Shown: positions 62,760-64,000 of the stretch, one piece after another
Layout of the letters: each line of letters begins with the position of its first letter
Numbering within the stretch: the first letter of the stretch is position 1
NCBI RefSeq assembly: GCF_006345805.1
Contig: NC_043000.1
Coordinates: 80,166,001 to 80,230,000 of the forward strand
Direction: 5' to 3'
DNA: 64,000 nt
Origin: Octopus sinensis
Lineage: Eukaryota
Program-made: the position numbers and the translations under genes
Notes under the pieces: generated by a model
Databases searched by the model: none
Told to the model about the DNA's origin: nothing
The model's input: the letters and a program-made list of their open reading frames with translations, nothing else

Positions 62760-63617
62760 TCGGATCTTTTCCTTTTGAACAGCACTTTGTAATATAATTT
62801 CTAGTCAACTAAACACTTTTAAACTTCGTATACTGGTAGAATCATCATCATCATCATCATCATCGTTTAACGTCCGCTTTCCATGCTAGCATGGGTTGGA
62901 CGGTTCAACTGGGGTCTGGCAAGCCCAAAGGCTGCACCAGGCCAGTCAGATCTGGCAGTGTTTCTACAGCTGGATGCCCTTCCTAACGCCAACCACTCCG
63001 AGAGTGTAGTGGGTGATTTTATGTGCCACCGACACAGGTGCCAGACAAGGCTGGCAGACGGCCACGCTCGGATGGTGTTTTTAATGTGCCACCGACACAG
63101 GTGCCAGACGAGGCTGGCAAACGGCCACGCTCGGATGGTGTTTTTTATGTGCCACCGACACAGGTGCCAGACGAGGCTGGCAGACGGCCACGATCGGATG
63201 GTGTTTTTTATGTGCCACCGACACAGGTGCCAGACGAGGATGGCGAACGGCCACGATCGGATGGTGTTTGTTACGTGCCCACAGCACGGAGGCCAGTCGA
63301 TGCGGTACTGGCTACGGCCACGTTCGGATGGCTTTCTTATGTGCCACCGGCACTGGTACCACAAGGATACAAATTCCATTGAATTTGTATTCATACAGCA
63401 CAGAATGTTGTTTACCTAAATGGACTCCAGCGATTGGTTAAAATTGCTGGAATGCTCGAAATTTCAGACGAAATATCTTACAAACTATAGAATTTTCTCG
63501 ATAAAGCCAAGAAAAAATGATGTTTTATAAACACAGTCTACCAGTATACGAAATTTAAAAGTGTTTAGTTAACTAGAAATTGTGTTGAAAGGTGCCGTTC
63601 AAAAGGAAAAGATCCGA
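62760..63617. repeat. Inverted repeat pair (62760-62840 / 63537-63617), MITE-like, enclosing a SINE
   Basis: About 80-bp reverse-complementary arms. Confidence 0.7.
62841..63376 (-). mobile_element. SINE family C with about five 61-62-bp internal tandem repeats
   Basis: ATGTGCCACCGACACAGGTGCCAGAC... repeated units; (CAT)n tail on the plus strand. Confidence 0.9.
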
Positions 63618-63821
63618 GATGTCAAATTCAGTCAAAGAGCCCAAAGTTTTGGTAATAATCTCAGTCCTTAAAACTGACCAGCTTATAATGTACCCATCCT
63701 ACATGGGAAGAGAACAATAAAAGTTTGAATCCCCGGAATAAGACCAAGTATCAACAAACAAAACAAACATGCAGAAAAAGATAAACAGACAAACACGAAT
63801 TCACTTCCACAGAGAGAGGAC

Positions 63822-64000
63822 GACTTCCAGAAATCCCTGGCCTTGCAGAGTTACCAGGGCCTCTGCCGGTTCATGATAAGCCCAACAGGCATAGGTGTGC
63901 AAGTCAGAGAGGCTTGTCTGAGATGCACATGGAGTGATGAAACCGTTCTGCATGCTCTTGTACAGTGTTCACACAGTGTCCGACTTGTGGAGCTTCGTGG
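63822..64000 (+). pseudogene. L1/Tx1-like ORF2 C-terminal zinc-knuckle fragment
   Basis: DFQKSLA...CLRCTWSDETVLHALVQC shows the C-x2-C-x7-H-x4-C pattern. Confidence 0.6.

Overview
AT-rich, microsatellite-dense eukaryotic DNA. The SINE families look like those of Octopus (inference from recognised repeats, not a database search). Almost all six-frame ORFs are simple-repeat artefacts. The only convincing host coding sequence is one spliced + strand exon (55700-55896) encoding kinesin switch I (HEHSSRSH), most similar to KIF25, so part or all of the window is probably intronic. The rest is decayed transposons: Penelope-like elements (PLE, GIY-YIG remnants), RTE, CR1/L2-like, R4/Dong-like and Tx1-like LINE pieces, Tc1, maT DD37D, mariner and pogo remnants, MITEs and at least four SINE families. 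The main hidden signal is about 22 hammerhead ribozyme (HHR) motifs from roughly a dozen unrelated PLE-type repeat families, folded by eye. They include intact minimal type I HHRs with palindromic helix III, core variants (a G3:C8 compensatory swap, U4C, C3U, A6U, G12A), a 550-bp retrozyme-like tandem unit, and an apparently non-circularly permuted (pseudoknotted) hammerhead at 27210-27273 (-). Many sit in head-to-head palindromes of identical polarity embedded in (TA)n tracts. No ribozyme activity can be proven from sequence, and some single-base defects may be long-read consensus errors.
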